Shown: positions 43,114 through 53,319, counted from the first letter of the stretch. The stretch is DNA of 64,000 bases from Minisyncoccota bacterium (GCA_028711065.1 JAQTSY010000002.1:73779-137778); one strand, 5' to 3'. Program-made: numbers and translations. Notes: generated by a model not told the origin, from the sequence alone.

Positions 43114-45357
43114 TCACTCAAAATGAATTTTTTGTTTTTGTGATTCCATCCTCGCTTTGAGGAGAGGGAAGTTTTTGAGTTCCGGATCGTTCGCGATAAT
43201 ATTTTTCGCTTCAAGGCGCGCAGCTTCCACCATTTTAATATTTTTTATCGCTTCCATTGCAAGGTCGCTCACGCCCCACTGTTTTCCTCCCGAGAGTGAG
43301 CCTGCTCCGCGGAGTTTCAAATCTTCTTCGGCAAGCTCAAAGCCGTTTTTTGCGGTTTTGAATGCTTTCAATCTATCGATGGTTTTTTGCCCGTTACTTT
43401 CTGTAAAAATGTAGCAATATGCTTGATGATTGCTTCGGATGACTCGGCCTCGAAGCTGGTGGAGCTGGGCAAGGCCGAAACGCTCCGCCCCTTCGATGAC
43501 AATGACGGTTGCATTCGGGACATTTACTCCCACCTCCACTACAGAAGTGGCGACAAGGATGTGAATATTGTGCGCAGTAAACTCGGCCATAATGTCATCT
43601 TTCTCTTTCGGCTTCATCTTGCTGTGGAGAATTTCTATTTCATATTCCGGAAATATTTTTTCTTTGAGCCTTTTCGCTTCTTCTTTGACTGACTTTGCTT
43701 GGATTGCAAGTTCTTTGTCCGGATCCGGCTCATCAATCCGTGGACAGATGATGTAAACTTGCCGACCGGCTTTTAGTTCAGTGCGAATTTTCTCGTACGT
43801 TTTTTCTCGTTCATTGGGAAGTACTACTTCTGTAATGATTGGTTTTCGTCCGGCAGGCATTTCATCGAGAAGAGTGAGGTCGAGATCTCCGAAAATAGTG
43901 AGAGCGAGGGTGCGGGGAATCGGTGTTGCTGTCATTGAAAGAAGGTGGGGGAGTACGTCGTCTTTTCTTCGTAATTTTTGTCTCTGTGCCACTCCGAAGC
44001 GGTGCTGTTCGTCGATAATGATGTAGGCAAGATTTTTGAATTTTACGGCCTTTTGAATAAGTGCATGCGTGCCGATGAGGATTGGAATCTCTCCAGCCTC
44101 AACCCATTTCAAAAGCTGATTTCTCGAAATGTCCGTATATCCGGATGAGTCTACTTTAGAAGGAAATTTTTTGCATCCAGATGAGGTAATGAGTGCGATG
44201 TTTATCGGTAAATGTCTGAAATACTGAATGAAAGATTCGAAATGCTGTTTCGCCAGAATCTCGGTAGGAGCCATGTATGCCACCTGAAGTCTTCCAAAAT
44301 CTTGCCCTTTCGGTCTGGTGGTGATTGCTGTGTATACAGTCGTCGCGGCAACAGCAGTTTTCCCGGAACCCACATCTCCTTCGAGAAGCCGTGACATTGG
44401 ATGTCCGCTTTTAAAATCATCGAGGATATGCAAGATGGCTTTTCTCTGCGCTCCCGTCGGCTCGAAGGGGAAGCGTTTGATGAATGTTTCAATTTCTTTC
44501 GGGTCTCTGTCGATTATGAAAGAATCTTTATTCTGATATTCAATTCGTTCACGTTCATTTTCAAGCTGAATGAAAAAAACTTCTTCAAATGCAAAACGCT
44601 TTCGCGCCGCGTCGGCATGGGCTTGTTCCTTTGGTGCGTGCATCCAGACGATCGCACTCTGAAGCGTCGGGAGATTATATTTTCTAAGAATCTCTTCCGG
44701 AATTGGGTCGGCGAGCTTTTCTAAAATTCCGCTTTTTAAAATTTTCTGAATTGCATGATAAATCCAGTTTGAAGTAATGCCTCTGCTCTCTGGATAGACG
44801 GGGTAGAGTGTGTGTTCTTCTCCGGCATCTCCAAAAAGATTTTCTCCGACGCCGATCGGCAATTTCCCCACAGGCTCGATCTTTGGATTGCTGAAATAGA
44901 GTTCATTTGTTTTTCTCCTCGCTGAAACTTTCCCTTCCACGCGGACGAGTGAGTCTTCCGCAACCATCTTTGCGATGTAAGGCTGGTTGAACCATACAGC
45001 TTGAATTTTCCCGGTCTCGTCGCTTACTGTCGCCTTTGCCATCGTCATTCGCGTCTTAAATCCTTTGCTGGCTTTGAGCCCATTGATTTTTCCAAAGATG
45101 ACAGCATTCTCACCGGCGACAAGAGAGCCGATCGATTTCATCTCGGATGTATTTCCATAGCGAGCAGGGAAGTGATAAAGGAGATCGCGAACCGTTTTTA
45201 TTTTGAGTTTCGAAAACGCCGCTTTCTGCGACGGCACAAGACGAAAATGTTTTTCGAGCAAATCTTCTGGCTGCATGGCAATTATCATAGCCCATAACGT
45301 AACCAGAGTCTCTTTATGTATTCTTGCTTTTTTATGAAAAAGTTGTATCGTATGCAT
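43114..45357 (-). CDS. recG: ATP-dependent DNA helicase RecG
   Basis: 747 aa with an N-terminal wedge/OB domain, helicase motifs I (GDVGSGKT), II (DEQH) and VI (QLRGRV). Confidence 0.93.
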   Translation of the reverse strand: MHTIQLFHKKARIHKETLVTLWAMIIAMQPEDLLEKHFRLVPSQKAAFSKLKIKTVRDLLYHFPARYGNTSEMKSIGSLVAGENAVIFGKINGLKASKGFKTRMTMAKATVSDETGKIQAVWFNQPYIAKMVAEDSLVRVEGKVSARRKTNELYFSNPKIEPVGKLPIGVGENLFGDAGEEHTLYPVYPESRGITSNWIYHAIQKILKSGILEKLADPIPEEILRKYNLPTLQSAIVWMHAPKEQAHADAARKRFAFEEVFFIQLENERERIEYQNKDSFIIDRDPKEIETFIKRFPFEPTGAQRKAILHILDDFKSGHPMSRLLEGDVGSGKTAVAATTVYTAITTRPKGQDFGRLQVAYMAPTEILAKQHFESFIQYFRHLPINIALITSSGCKKFPSKVDSSGYTDISRNQLLKWVEAGEIPILIGTHALIQKAVKFKNLAYIIIDEQHRFGVAQRQKLRRKDDVLPHLLSMTATPIPRTLALTIFGDLDLTLLDEMPAGRKPIITEVVLPNEREKTYEKIRTELKAGRQVYIICPRIDEPDPDKELAIQAKSVKEEAKRLKEKIFPEYEIEILHSKMKPKEKDDIMAEFTAHNIHILVATSVVEVGVNVPNATVIVIEGAERFGLAQLHQLRGRVIRSNHQAYCYIFTESNGQKTIDRLKAFKTAKNGFELAEEDLKLRGAGSLSGGKQWGVSDLAMEAIKNIKMVEAARLEAKNIIANDPELKNFPLLKARMESQKQKIHFE

Positions 45358-45473
45358 CGGTTGCTCTCAAGGGAAATGTGTACTCGATACGGCCTGAAGC
45401 TGTGTTGGGTGAATCTCGATGGGGCCTGAAGCCTCAGGATTCCATTTTCAAAAAGAGCCGGGAGATCTTTACC

Positions 45474-46166
45474 ATGGTGAGCCACGACAAAGCAAAAGTT
45501 CTAATCGGAGTATGTAAAGATATGAGGCGGTGCCGCGCGGCAGAGCGATGGTGCTTGGCATTTTCGCTCGTAGCCTTCGTGTCGTCTTCTTTCTTGCTTC
45601 TCTATCAGGCACTTGGGACGAAAGAAGCGATGGAGGGTTTCGGCCTCGTCGTTCCTTGGTGGGCCTGGGTATACGCGATTGCCGACCTTTACTTTTGTTG
45701 GGTAATGGGGAGAAGGAGCGGGTCGTACCGGATGGAAGAGCGCATCCTATCCGAAGGGAACCAGATTCCCGTACTCTGTGATGTGCTTCGTGCGGCTGAC
45801 GAGGAGATATCTCCAAAGAAGATTGCCAGGATGGTTCCAGAAGACTTTCTGTCACTTGCCAAGAATGCTTTGGCAGGGTTCGCCTATAAGAGAGTCGTGC
45901 TAGAACATACGCCGCTTCGCAACCGTACACAAAGCTTTGCCAAGGATATGGAAATCACAGCGACTTTGTTTAAAGGCGCGCATGAGTTTCTCCGTGATCT
46001 TTATTTAGTCGAGGATGGCTATGATCCTTATTTTGAAATAGCCAAACGAAGACTGTCGGCAAAGCAGATGGGGGCTCTGCAGAAACGATTGGATGAAGAG
46101 ACGGAAGCGGGAAATGTTTCAAGGACTCGCCGAAGTCCGCAGATCGACGCTACACATTTAGAATAA
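45474..46166 (+). CDS. hypothetical protein; the start is uncertain (listed ORF begins at 45324 and overlaps recG)
   Basis: ORF only. GC is moderately elevated. The terminator CCCGAGTGGAGAAATCTGCTCGGG plus T8 at 46178-46212 follows. Confidence 0.35.
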   Translation: MVSHDKAKVLIGVCKDMRRCRAAERWCLAFSLVAFVSSSFLLLYQALGTKEAMEGFGLVVPWWAWVYAIADLYFCWVMGRRSGSYRMEERILSEGNQIPVLCDVLRAADEEISPKKIARMVPEDFLSLAKNALAGFAYKRVVLEHTPLRNRTQSFAKDMEITATLFKGAHEFLRDLYLVEDGYDPYFEIAKRRLSAKQMGALQKRLDEETEAGNVSRTRRSPQIDATHLE

Positions 46167-46389
46167 TACCGATGCCCGAGTGGAGAAATCTGCTCGGGTG
46201 TTTTTTTTGCGGAGGAAGTGAAAATTTCGGTCGTTACACGACCAGTAAAGGCGAGATTCGGTCACAAGTATTTTTCTGCTGAAAAATCTCGCGACCCCGA
46301 CTCAGCACCCATGCGCTTCCGTCTTTCGAATCTCACTTCCTCTCGCAACGTCAAACGAAAAAAGATTTTCAATCTTTTGTCGGTCATTG

Positions 46390-46476
46390 CGGAGGAAGTG
46401 AGATTCGAACTCACGGAGCCAATTAAGGCTCGGCGGTTTAGTAAACCGCTGGTTTAAACCACTCACCCATTCCTCC
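46390..46476 (-). tRNA. class-II (long variable arm) tRNA-like gene with a non-canonical anticodon loop (UUACUAA, apparent anticodon ACU); possibly tRNA-Ser-derived or a pseudo-tRNA
   Basis: Manual fold: acceptor GGAGGAA/UUCCUCC, 3-bp D stem, D-loop GAGUGGUUUAA, variable arm GAGCC..GGCUC, T-loop UUCGAAU, discriminator G. No standard Ser or Leu anticodon was found. Confidence 0.5.
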
Positions 46477-46609
46477 AGGTTTTCTAGTCTAGCATAAAGC
46501 TAAAGACGGAGGGAGTTTCTAAATGGCTCAACAGTTTTTCTCTTCGATTTATACTCTGCTCCGTACTTATGGAGAAAAGCGAAAAAATATGTTACTCTGT
46601 TTGAATTCT

Positions 46610-46698
46610 GGAGACGTGTCAGAGTGGTCTAACGTACCTCTTTGCTAAAGAGGCAGGGGCTTTAAACCCCCTCGAGGGTTCGAATCCCTCCGTCTCCG
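46610..46698 (+). tRNA. tRNA-Ser (anticodon GCU), class II
   Basis: Acceptor GGAGACG/CGUCUCC, anticodon stem-loop CCUCU-UUGCUAA-AGAGG, long variable arm, T-loop UUCGAAU, discriminator G. Confidence 0.8.
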
Positions 46699-48201
46699 CA
46701 TTTGAGAGAATTCGGGTTCCGCGAAAAAAATCGGGTCGGCGCGAAGCGCCGATGTGTGGAGTGAACCCCCGCCAAAACAAAACCCGCCAAGGATTTTCCA
46801 CGCTCCGCGGGGCTCAAAAAGTACGGTTCGATCTTTGATTTCAAAGTTCGAACCGACTTTTTTCAACAAATGAAGTTTTTCTTCATTTGTTGCATCGTTT
46901 GCCAATTCCATATTGGATTTGAGCCACTGGTCCGTAAGTTCGAACCGATTATTCGCTTTTTGCTGAAATGCCGATAATTTCTCTTTGAGAAGCTGTTTAG
47001 CGTTAACCAGTGCGTTCTTGGCATCGCGATATTCTTCGAGCGACAACGCACTCTCAAGATACGCGCTCATCAGCTTCTCAATCTTGGAATCCACAAGAGA
47101 AATTTCGGCTTTCACGCTATCCGCAAAAAGCACACTCGATTGATTTTCTGATTGCCGATCTTTTTCATTCTCGGCAATCATCCACTCTAGCCAATCGAGT
47201 GGCAGAGAAACTTTTTTGATCTTCTCCTGAATTTGGGAAGTGATGAACTCCTCGCGGACATATTTTTGCAAACAAGGATTTTTCCGTTTGGTACAGCGGA
47301 GATAGTTATGACCTTTCTGGGTTTCGGTTGTGATGAAGCAACCGCATTCTCCGCAACGGAAAAATCCTCGGTATAAATATTCCTTTAGACCGCGAGCTTT
47401 CGGCTTGCTCTTTCTTTTCATCACTTCCTGGCAAGTATCAAAAAGTTTCTTTGAAATAATCGGTTCGTGCTTACCCTCGTATATTTCACCACCGAAGCGA
47501 ATCAGTCCGCAGAAAATCGGATTTTTCAGCATATTGTGAATGTCCGAAATGGAAAGTTCATGCTCCTTTCTCGTTTTCAGTCCAAGTAGAGCTGTGATGT
47601 CCCTAACTTGTCGGAGCGTATATTTGCCACTGGAGTAGGCCTCGAACGCTTTTGCAATACACGGCGCACGCTCGGCATCGGGGAAGATAGTTTTTGTCTC
47701 GGTGTCGTTCACAAATCCGAGCGGCGCATTTCGAGGCCAAATACCTTCCTTCAATTTCTGACGATGGCCGCGTTTAATATTCTCCGACAAGTTATCTACA
47801 TAGTACTTGGACTGACTAAAAGCGATTGAGAGCATGAATTTTCCTTGCGGTGTCGGATCAAACCAAAAAGTACTAAATTTCAAATCTAGAATCACTTTGG
47901 TATCAACGAGGTAGATGATTTTTCCTCCATCTACCGAGTTTCTCGCAAGTCGATCAGGATGCCATGCCAAAATACCGGACGCTTCTCCGTGTTCCATTCG
48001 TCCTATCATTTCGTTGAACACGGGACGGCCCGGTATTTTGGCTGTCTGCTTTTCGACAAAGACATCGACAATTTCAATCCGCTCTTTCAACGCTAATTCT
48101 TTCAATTCCGAAAGCTGGTCGGCAATACTGCGGACTTGTCTGTCTTTGTCGTCTGTCGACTTGCGAGTATAGATGAAGAACTTTTTGGTTTGAGAATTCA
48201 T
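46645..48201 (-). CDS. large serine recombinase (paralogue of 37277-38908). The ORF reads through IRrec into tRNA-Ser; the functional C-terminus is probably near 46816
   Basis: N-terminal YTRKSTDDKDRQVRSIADQ and C-terminal CGECG zinc ribbon. It is transcribed toward the tRNA 3' end, exactly as in island 1. Confidence 0.85.
   Translation of the reverse strand: MNSQTKKFFIYTRKSTDDKDRQVRSIADQLSELKELALKERIEIVDVFVEKQTAKIPGRPVFNEMIGRMEHGEASGILAWHPDRLARNSVDGGKIIYLVDTKVILDLKFSTFWFDPTPQGKFMLSIAFSQSKYYVDNLSENIKRGHRQKLKEGIWPRNAPLGFVNDTETKTIFPDAERAPCIAKAFEAYSSGKYTLRQVRDITALLGLKTRKEHELSISDIHNMLKNPIFCGLIRFGGEIYEGKHEPIISKKLFDTCQEVMKRKSKPKARGLKEYLYRGFFRCGECGCFITTETQKGHNYLRCTKRKNPCLQKYVREEFITSQIQEKIKKVSLPLDWLEWMIAENEKDRQSENQSSVLFADSVKAEISLVDSKIEKLMSAYLESALSLEEYRDAKNALVNAKQLLKEKLSAFQQKANNRFELTDQWLKSNMELANDATNEEKLHLLKKVGSNFEIKDRTVLFEPRGAWKILGGFCFGGGSLHTSALRADPIFFAEPEFSQMRRRRDSNPRGGLKPLPL
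46696..46815. repeat. IRrec copy a (120 bp; 119/120 identical to the reverse complement of 48220-48339), starting at the last 3 nt of tRNA-Ser
   Basis: Direct comparison. It contains GC hairpin GGCGCGAAGCGCC and GAATTCGGG. It is homologous in layout and ~60% in sequence to IR-B of island 1. Confidence 0.9.
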
Positions 48202-48219
48202 ATTTGTATTGGCAACGAC

Positions 48220-48339
48220 GAGCCCCGCGGAGCGTGGAAAATCCTTGGCGGGTTTTGTTTTGGCGGGGGTTCACTCCACATATCGGCGCTTCGCGCCGAC
48301 CCGATTTTTTTCGCGGAACCCGAATTCTCTCAAATGCGG
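48220..48339. repeat. IRrec copy b (inverted), directly upstream of the recombinase start
   Basis: See copy a. Confidence 0.9.
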
Positions 48340-48565
48340 TGTTTATTGAACGAAGTTCGAAACTATTTCGCAGAAAACCCCGATGACTGCATCTAATCGC
48401 ACGCGCCGCGTGCGTGGTGACTTGAAACTCCAAACTACGCTCCACCAATGAATTCCGCCCCAACGCCGAGGAGTACCTCGGCGTTGCCCCCACCGGAGAA
48501 ATCTCTCTTTGCTGGATTGAGTCGCGCAGGATTTTTTCAAATGGAAAAGGGATTTTCCGGTGGGG
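48337..48565. repeat. IR2 copy a (229 bp; 100% identical to the reverse complement of 54100-54328), proximal boundary of island 2 cargo
   Basis: Direct comparison. It has the internal palindrome CCCACCGGAGAAATCTC...GAGATTTCTCCGGTGGG, the GC palindrome CACGCACGCGGCGCGTGCG and GAATTCATTGG. Spurious identical ORFs are listed in both copies. Confidence 0.9.
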
Positions 48566-48629
48566 GGGTCAAACATGTTAATTATATTACACTATTGTAA
48601 AACAATGCAATGACACTTATCATCAAAAG

Positions 48630-48848
48630 ATGTCTAAACTCCCCGTTTCGAAGCAATTTGGGCAAAATCTAAAAAGACTACGCCTCAAAAAGAGCTTATC
48701 GCAGGGCGATATTTCTAGGAGACTGGACGTAGACCGCTCCTATGTAAGTAATTTGGAAAATGGTAGAATGAATCCGACACTTTCGACGATTAAAAAATTG
48801 GCGAAGGCTTTAAATACTTCAGCAGATAAGTTGCTGAAACGAGTATAA
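48630..48848 (+). CDS. XRE-family HTH transcriptional regulator (72 aa)
   Basis: HTH_3 pattern (SQGDISRRLDVDRSYVSNLENG). Its position is the same as the XRE gene of island 1, the first gene inside the cargo IR. Confidence 0.75.
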   Translation: MSKLPVSKQFGQNLKRLRLKKSLSQGDISRRLDVDRSYVSNLENGRMNPTLSTIKKLAKALNTSADKLLKRV

Positions 48849-48855
48849 ATTTATT

Positions 48856-49497
48856 ATGAAAAATTTTCTAAAAATAACTGCACCTATTCTTGTGGTTGCC
48901 CTTTGTATAATCGCATACTTCGTCTACACGATTTATTATTTGCCACAAAAACGAGCAACTGAGACTGTCCAAAAAGCAATAGATTTTGAATGTGATTTTA
49001 ATTCTGTTGCCAAAAACACAGTTCAGGAGTCATTGGGTGCTTACCACACTATTTCTTTTTCTTATCCTTCCTGTTTTAAACCAAGTACAATGCCTAACGA
49101 ACCGTACGGTTACAGACACACTTTTGACAGAGCAGATTCAACTCGAAGCTATCAACCTCCTTATCTCACTGTTGAAATAGGATTTGTCGTGCCAGATATT
49201 AGGACAGGCGGGAACAATTATGCAGTTTTCCCAAAGACTGTTCTGAAGAAAACGACTTACATGGGTATTCCTGCTGAATATGTCACATATAAAAACCCGG
49301 AGTGTTTAAGTAATTCTGCAAACTGCTCGGCGTACTCCACAGATATAATAGCTTTTCGATTAGAAAAGGATTTTGACGTTGAAAGAGCTGTAAATTCAGA
49401 CCCTGATTTTGTAATTGCTATTCATACTTCCCCAAAAGACACAAAAGATTATCTTCCTTTATTGGAAAGTGTAGTTTCGACATTAGTCATCAAATAA
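48856..49497 (+). CDS. hypothetical membrane-anchored or secreted protein
   Basis: N-terminal TM segment. No family was recognised. Confidence 0.4.
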   Translation: MKNFLKITAPILVVALCIIAYFVYTIYYLPQKRATETVQKAIDFECDFNSVAKNTVQESLGAYHTISFSYPSCFKPSTMPNEPYGYRHTFDRADSTRSYQPPYLTVEIGFVVPDIRTGGNNYAVFPKTVLKKTTYMGIPAEYVTYKNPECLSNSANCSAYSTDIIAFRLEKDFDVERAVNSDPDFVIAIHTSPKDTKDYLPLLESVVSTLVIK

Positions 49498-49498
49498 A

Positions 49499-50464
49499 AT
49501 GAAATATTTTCTTCCCATTTTAGTTGTTATCTTAATTATTGTTGGTCTTTATTATTACTACTTCAATGCTGGCCATATTGTAAGTTCATTAAAAAAAGTT
49601 GACACAGTGTCAATTCCGGCTGAGTTCATTCCAAAACAAGCGAACTGGGATGAATACCCGGGTGCAGTCAGAGGAATTTCTCCAAGTGGGAAATATGATC
49701 TTTCAATTCTGCCTCCTTCAGAGCAAAAAGATTCTCAAAATGTTTCATTTCGACTCATTGATCTAAAAAATCAATCAAAAGAAAAACAAATTGCTGTGGC
49801 TGGACTTGGACCAATACCAACCAATACAGGTTTCGACGTGGAGGTGTCTTTCCAATGGATAAATGATTCTACTGTGCTTATCTACAAACGCATGCCTTTC
49901 GCGGCTTGGTATCTGAATGTTGAAACTGGAAAGTCTCATATAATTTTCTCGGCAGAAGATGGAAGGCAGGGACTTTACAATTACAGTCAAACCGGTCAAG
50001 CTCTTTGGTATACATTGAGTGGCAAACTTCACAGATTCGACTTTCTATCTGATTCCGACACTATAATATCTGGTTATTCTGAAGCAAGTGGTACACCAAA
50101 TCAGTTGATTTTATCCAATCGAGGCGATAAATTCCTAAAAGTTGTAACTAATAGCGCATTTGTGGTTGATGCAAGTAGTGGTCAGGAAGAATTTATCTTT
50201 TCAGATCCACGTTTTCATGGAATTGAGAAACATCTATTCCAAGCATGGTCAGAAAACGACAAACGAATTAACCTGCAGTATCCTTTCGTGTACGATCTTG
50301 AACATCACAAATCCATTGATTTGAAGGATTCATATGCTGAGCTCTCAATAAATTTAGGACAGAAATGGTATGGAGATGATGCTCTCGTCGTTCACAACTC
50401 TCGAGATGGGAGTTGGTACTTATTGAATATCTTTGATAAGACATACAAAAGGATCGTGCAATAA
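49499..50464 (+). CDS. hypothetical membrane-anchored protein (possibly beta-propeller-like)
   Basis: N-terminal TM. 1-nt gap from the previous gene. Confidence 0.4.
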   Translation: MKYFLPILVVILIIVGLYYYYFNAGHIVSSLKKVDTVSIPAEFIPKQANWDEYPGAVRGISPSGKYDLSILPPSEQKDSQNVSFRLIDLKNQSKEKQIAVAGLGPIPTNTGFDVEVSFQWINDSTVLIYKRMPFAAWYLNVETGKSHIIFSAEDGRQGLYNYSQTGQALWYTLSGKLHRFDFLSDSDTIISGYSEASGTPNQLILSNRGDKFLKVVTNSAFVVDASSGQEEFIFSDPRFHGIEKHLFQAWSENDKRINLQYPFVYDLEHHKSIDLKDSYAELSINLGQKWYGDDALVVHNSRDGSWYLLNIFDKTYKRIVQ

Positions 50465-50488
50465 GTCCCAATGTGTTAATATAAAATC

Positions 50489-50713
50489 ATGTTTAGTCTT
50501 ATATTCCTAATAATTCCGATTCTATTCTCGTTTCTGCACATATATTATGCAGAAAAGGGTAGAAAAAATCCTCTAGAAGGGCAGAATAAAGCGTTTCAAG
50601 CCGCGACTGCTTTTGTTGATGTCGTACTTGCACTCTCTGTAGGGTTAATCACGTTTAGCGGCATGTTTTTTTATCACCTTATTCTTTATCCGATTCATTG
50701 TAATATGGAATAA
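50489..50713 (+). CDS. small hypothetical membrane protein (2 TM)
   Basis: ORF only. Confidence 0.3.
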   Translation: MFSLIFLIIPILFSFLHIYYAEKGRKNPLEGQNKAFQAATAFVDVVLALSVGLITFSGMFFYHLILYPIHCNME

Positions 50714-50715
50714 TC

Positions 50716-50907
50716 ATGAATTCGTCCGCAAAATTTTTTAGTGCGCTTTTAAAAGGAGTAATAATCCCCCTTGCTCTTTTTTGCGGAATTTATTGGCTTG
50801 ATAAATACACTCTTGGTATCGGCCAAATTTCTATATATGGATTCGTAGGCATTCCCGCAATTACAGTAATGATTCTTTTCTATTATTTTTTGAGGAAATC
50901 CTATTAG
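50716..50907 (+). CDS. small hypothetical membrane protein (2 TM)
   Basis: ORF only. Confidence 0.3.
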   Translation: MNSSAKFFSALLKGVIIPLALFCGIYWLDKYTLGIGQISIYGFVGIPAITVMILFYYFLRKSY

Positions 50908-50909
50908 GG

Positions 50910-51776
50910 TTAGGCTGCCAAAAGTAAGGCAAAAAGAAGAATTAAAAACACTCTAGGAATTTGTTTCCAAAGTGTTTTTTGTTTTGACAATAAAACTGGG
51001 TACAAAAAACTGATGCAATAAAGTGTCCCCGCAAGAATAATCAGGAAATTGAATGGGGTACGAATATACAATTTGGCCAGAAAGCTTAGACTTAAAAGAC
51101 CAATGATCGCAAGCGAGCTAGAGATAATAAGTATTTTCTTACTCCCAAGCAGGGACAATGGCGTTATCTTTTTATATTGAGTATCGCCTCGTACGTCTTT
51201 AAAGTCTTTCAGAAGTACTTTCGATATTCCAAGACTCAACAAAGCACCGAATAAGAGTATTGCATCCAACCTTGGTTTTGATCCTGTAGTAAGAAAAAAG
51301 CCACTCCAAAATGGAATAAAGTAATATGCAAGAATCAGCAGAAAAGTCGAAAACCAACCTTTTCTGGACAGTTGTACCTTAGGATGTGAATAAAAAATAC
51401 CAAGAAGAATAATCAGTGAAGTTCCAATTATCGATATTATCCCACTACTTATACTAGCTAGAATCGCGCAAACTGCTGAGCTGATGGCAAATACAAGAGC
51501 ATCCTTTTGAGATAATTTACCTGAAACCAGAGGTCGATTTGGCTCATTGATTCGATCAATATCTTGGTCGTAAATATCATTCATTACATTTCCAAAACTG
51601 AATGCCAAGAGAAGGCCAATACTTGCCGGAAGCCAAAGATTAAGGGAAGAATGAGATTTATTCGCCCAATAATTTCCCATATAGAAAGTCAGAAGAATAC
51701 CAGTCAATAATGCTGGCCTCATGAGCTCTATGTATGATTGCGTAATCTCACTTATTTTTCTCGATCTTAACAGCAT
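50910..51776 (-). CDS. UbiA-family aromatic/isoprenoid prenyltransferase
   Basis: NDIYDQDIDRINEPNRPL (NDxxDxxxD motif) in a 288-aa polytopic protein. Confidence 0.75.
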   Translation of the reverse strand: MLLRSRKISEITQSYIELMRPALLTGILLTFYMGNYWANKSHSSLNLWLPASIGLLLAFSFGNVMNDIYDQDIDRINEPNRPLVSGKLSQKDALVFAISSAVCAILASISSGIISIIGTSLIILLGIFYSHPKVQLSRKGWFSTFLLILAYYFIPFWSGFFLTTGSKPRLDAILLFGALLSLGISKVLLKDFKDVRGDTQYKKITPLSLLGSKKILIISSSLAIIGLLSLSFLAKLYIRTPFNFLIILAGTLYCISFLYPVLLSKQKTLWKQIPRVFLILLFALLLAA

Positions 51777-51894
51777 AAATTAGTTCTAAGTTCCATCTAA
51801 TTGCTTCTAAAACTAGAGTTATTTTCTTAGGCTATTATGACCTTTAGATTTAAGCTATAAACAAGTTGCTCCTAATTTCTTCTAATGTATTACA

Positions 51895-53319
51895 CTAAAA
51901 GTTTGCTTCATAGTAGCTATTTCGTGATTCACCTACCAAATGCAGAAGTTTCATCTCCTGCATTTTTTTAAGATCATAATTGATTGTTTGTCGAGGTACA
52001 TCCTCCATAATCTTCTCACACTCCTTTGCTGTTATTTTTTTGTTCTCGACAAGGTGATTCCAGATCATTACTTGTCTTTCGTTCAATCCACTAAGCTCAT
52101 TACCCATCAAAATGACCTTAAAACTGTTAGTCGTATTCTTGAAAATTGGTGGCAATAGTTTCCACTCTTTCATATTATTGAAAACAATATCAATTCCTCG
52201 TCCATATTCCTCAAGATAGTCTAATTCTTTTAATCTTGCTGCAATAATCTCGTTACGACTCATTTGAGCATCTTTTATATTTTCAACAGTAACCCCCGGC
52301 GGGAGACAACCCGGATTGAATATCTCAATTCGATCTTCAAAGAGATTCACTTGAGTATAGGTTTCCGTAATTTTGTAATCTCGGTGTATAACAGCATTCG
52401 CCACTATCTCTCGAATAGCTTTCTCGGGATATTCATATCTTTCAACTCTTTTTGTTCCAACTATCTTGGCACTTTTACGTATATTTCGGAGAATAAATTT
52501 CTGTATTGTCTCAATTTGAGTATCTAACGTTCCATCTACATCTACTGAATCAATAATATCTGTGGCTACGTTTGATCCTTCGTATTTAACACATCGAACA
52601 ATATATCTACTGAAATTTTGTTTATCTTGTGGTCTGTTTTTAGCAAAGATAAGAAACCCTGCCACAGTAGGAGATTTGTTGCCATCAAAATCGTCAGCTA
52701 TGCCAAGATTTTTCAGAAGCTCGAAGTTAATCTCATCTATTGACGCTTCTCTTTTTGTTCGTTTGCCGCTTTGAATTAGTAAATCAAGAACTTTTTCTTT
52801 AGATAGTTCCTCGATTGAAGTACCTTCTGCGCGCAAAGTGTCGAATTTTAGTTTTTTTGAATTTTCGATCAAACTCCGCATTTCTTCGTCTGTCATTTTT
52901 CGATCTGTATTACCATCTCGAATGCGGGCACCGTTTGGCATTCCTGCTGGTTTGTAGTAGCAAGGTTTAAACTGTTCAGGACACTCCGGAACGTATATTG
53001 CCAGAATATTTTTACCCTTTATCTCTAAAATATGGTATTCCGGTCTGATAGTTACACTCATTTCATTACTGACAACATTGCTAAAGTTTTCTTGTAGTGC
53101 AGCTATATTTTCAACCCCAATAATTTCGAATTTTTTGTTTCCGTTTTCGATAACCCCAAATGCGATAATTCCACCACCGGGCGCGTGTGAAAATGACGAG
53201 ATGCTTTCCCATGCTTTTCGTGGTACTCCGCTCCGCCCATCTTTGAATTCAACTTTTGGAGTTTCAGAGTTATGTTTTATGGCCTCCTCAATAAATTTCA
53301 TTACTTCCTTTTTTTCCAT
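51895..53319 (-). CDS. AlbA_2 (Schlafen-like) + HATPase_c_4 + C-terminal winged-helix protein (often annotated as a RecG-like putative transcriptional regulator)
   Basis: The N-terminal AlbA_2-like region and a C-terminal HTH (QTINYDLKKMQEMKLL) are typical of this architecture. Confidence 0.6.
   Translation of the reverse strand: MEKKEVMKFIEEAIKHNSETPKVEFKDGRSGVPRKAWESISSFSHAPGGGIIAFGVIENGNKKFEIIGVENIAALQENFSNVVSNEMSVTIRPEYHILEIKGKNILAIYVPECPEQFKPCYYKPAGMPNGARIRDGNTDRKMTDEEMRSLIENSKKLKFDTLRAEGTSIEELSKEKVLDLLIQSGKRTKREASIDEINFELLKNLGIADDFDGNKSPTVAGFLIFAKNRPQDKQNFSRYIVRCVKYEGSNVATDIIDSVDVDGTLDTQIETIQKFILRNIRKSAKIVGTKRVERYEYPEKAIREIVANAVIHRDYKITETYTQVNLFEDRIEIFNPGCLPPGVTVENIKDAQMSRNEIIAARLKELDYLEEYGRGIDIVFNNMKEWKLLPPIFKNTTNSFKVILMGNELSGLNERQVMIWNHLVENKKITAKECEKIMEDVPRQTINYDLKKMQEMKLLHLVGESRNSYYEANF

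Noticed and set aside
46218-46457. 79-aa ORF
   Set aside because: It overlaps the tRNA-like gene and the tRNA 3'-end remnant repeats. It is not protein coding.
48136-48396. Small plus-strand ORFs overlapping IRrec copy b
   Set aside because: They encode the same peptide as the read-through tail of the recombinase in copy a, purely because of the inverted repeat.
48074-48576. ORFs 48074-48493 and 48343-48576, and identical ORFs 54070-54351 and 54125-54322
   Set aside because: They are identical only because they lie in the two copies of the 229-bp IR2 repeat. They have no start context or RBS and are noncoding repeat sequence.
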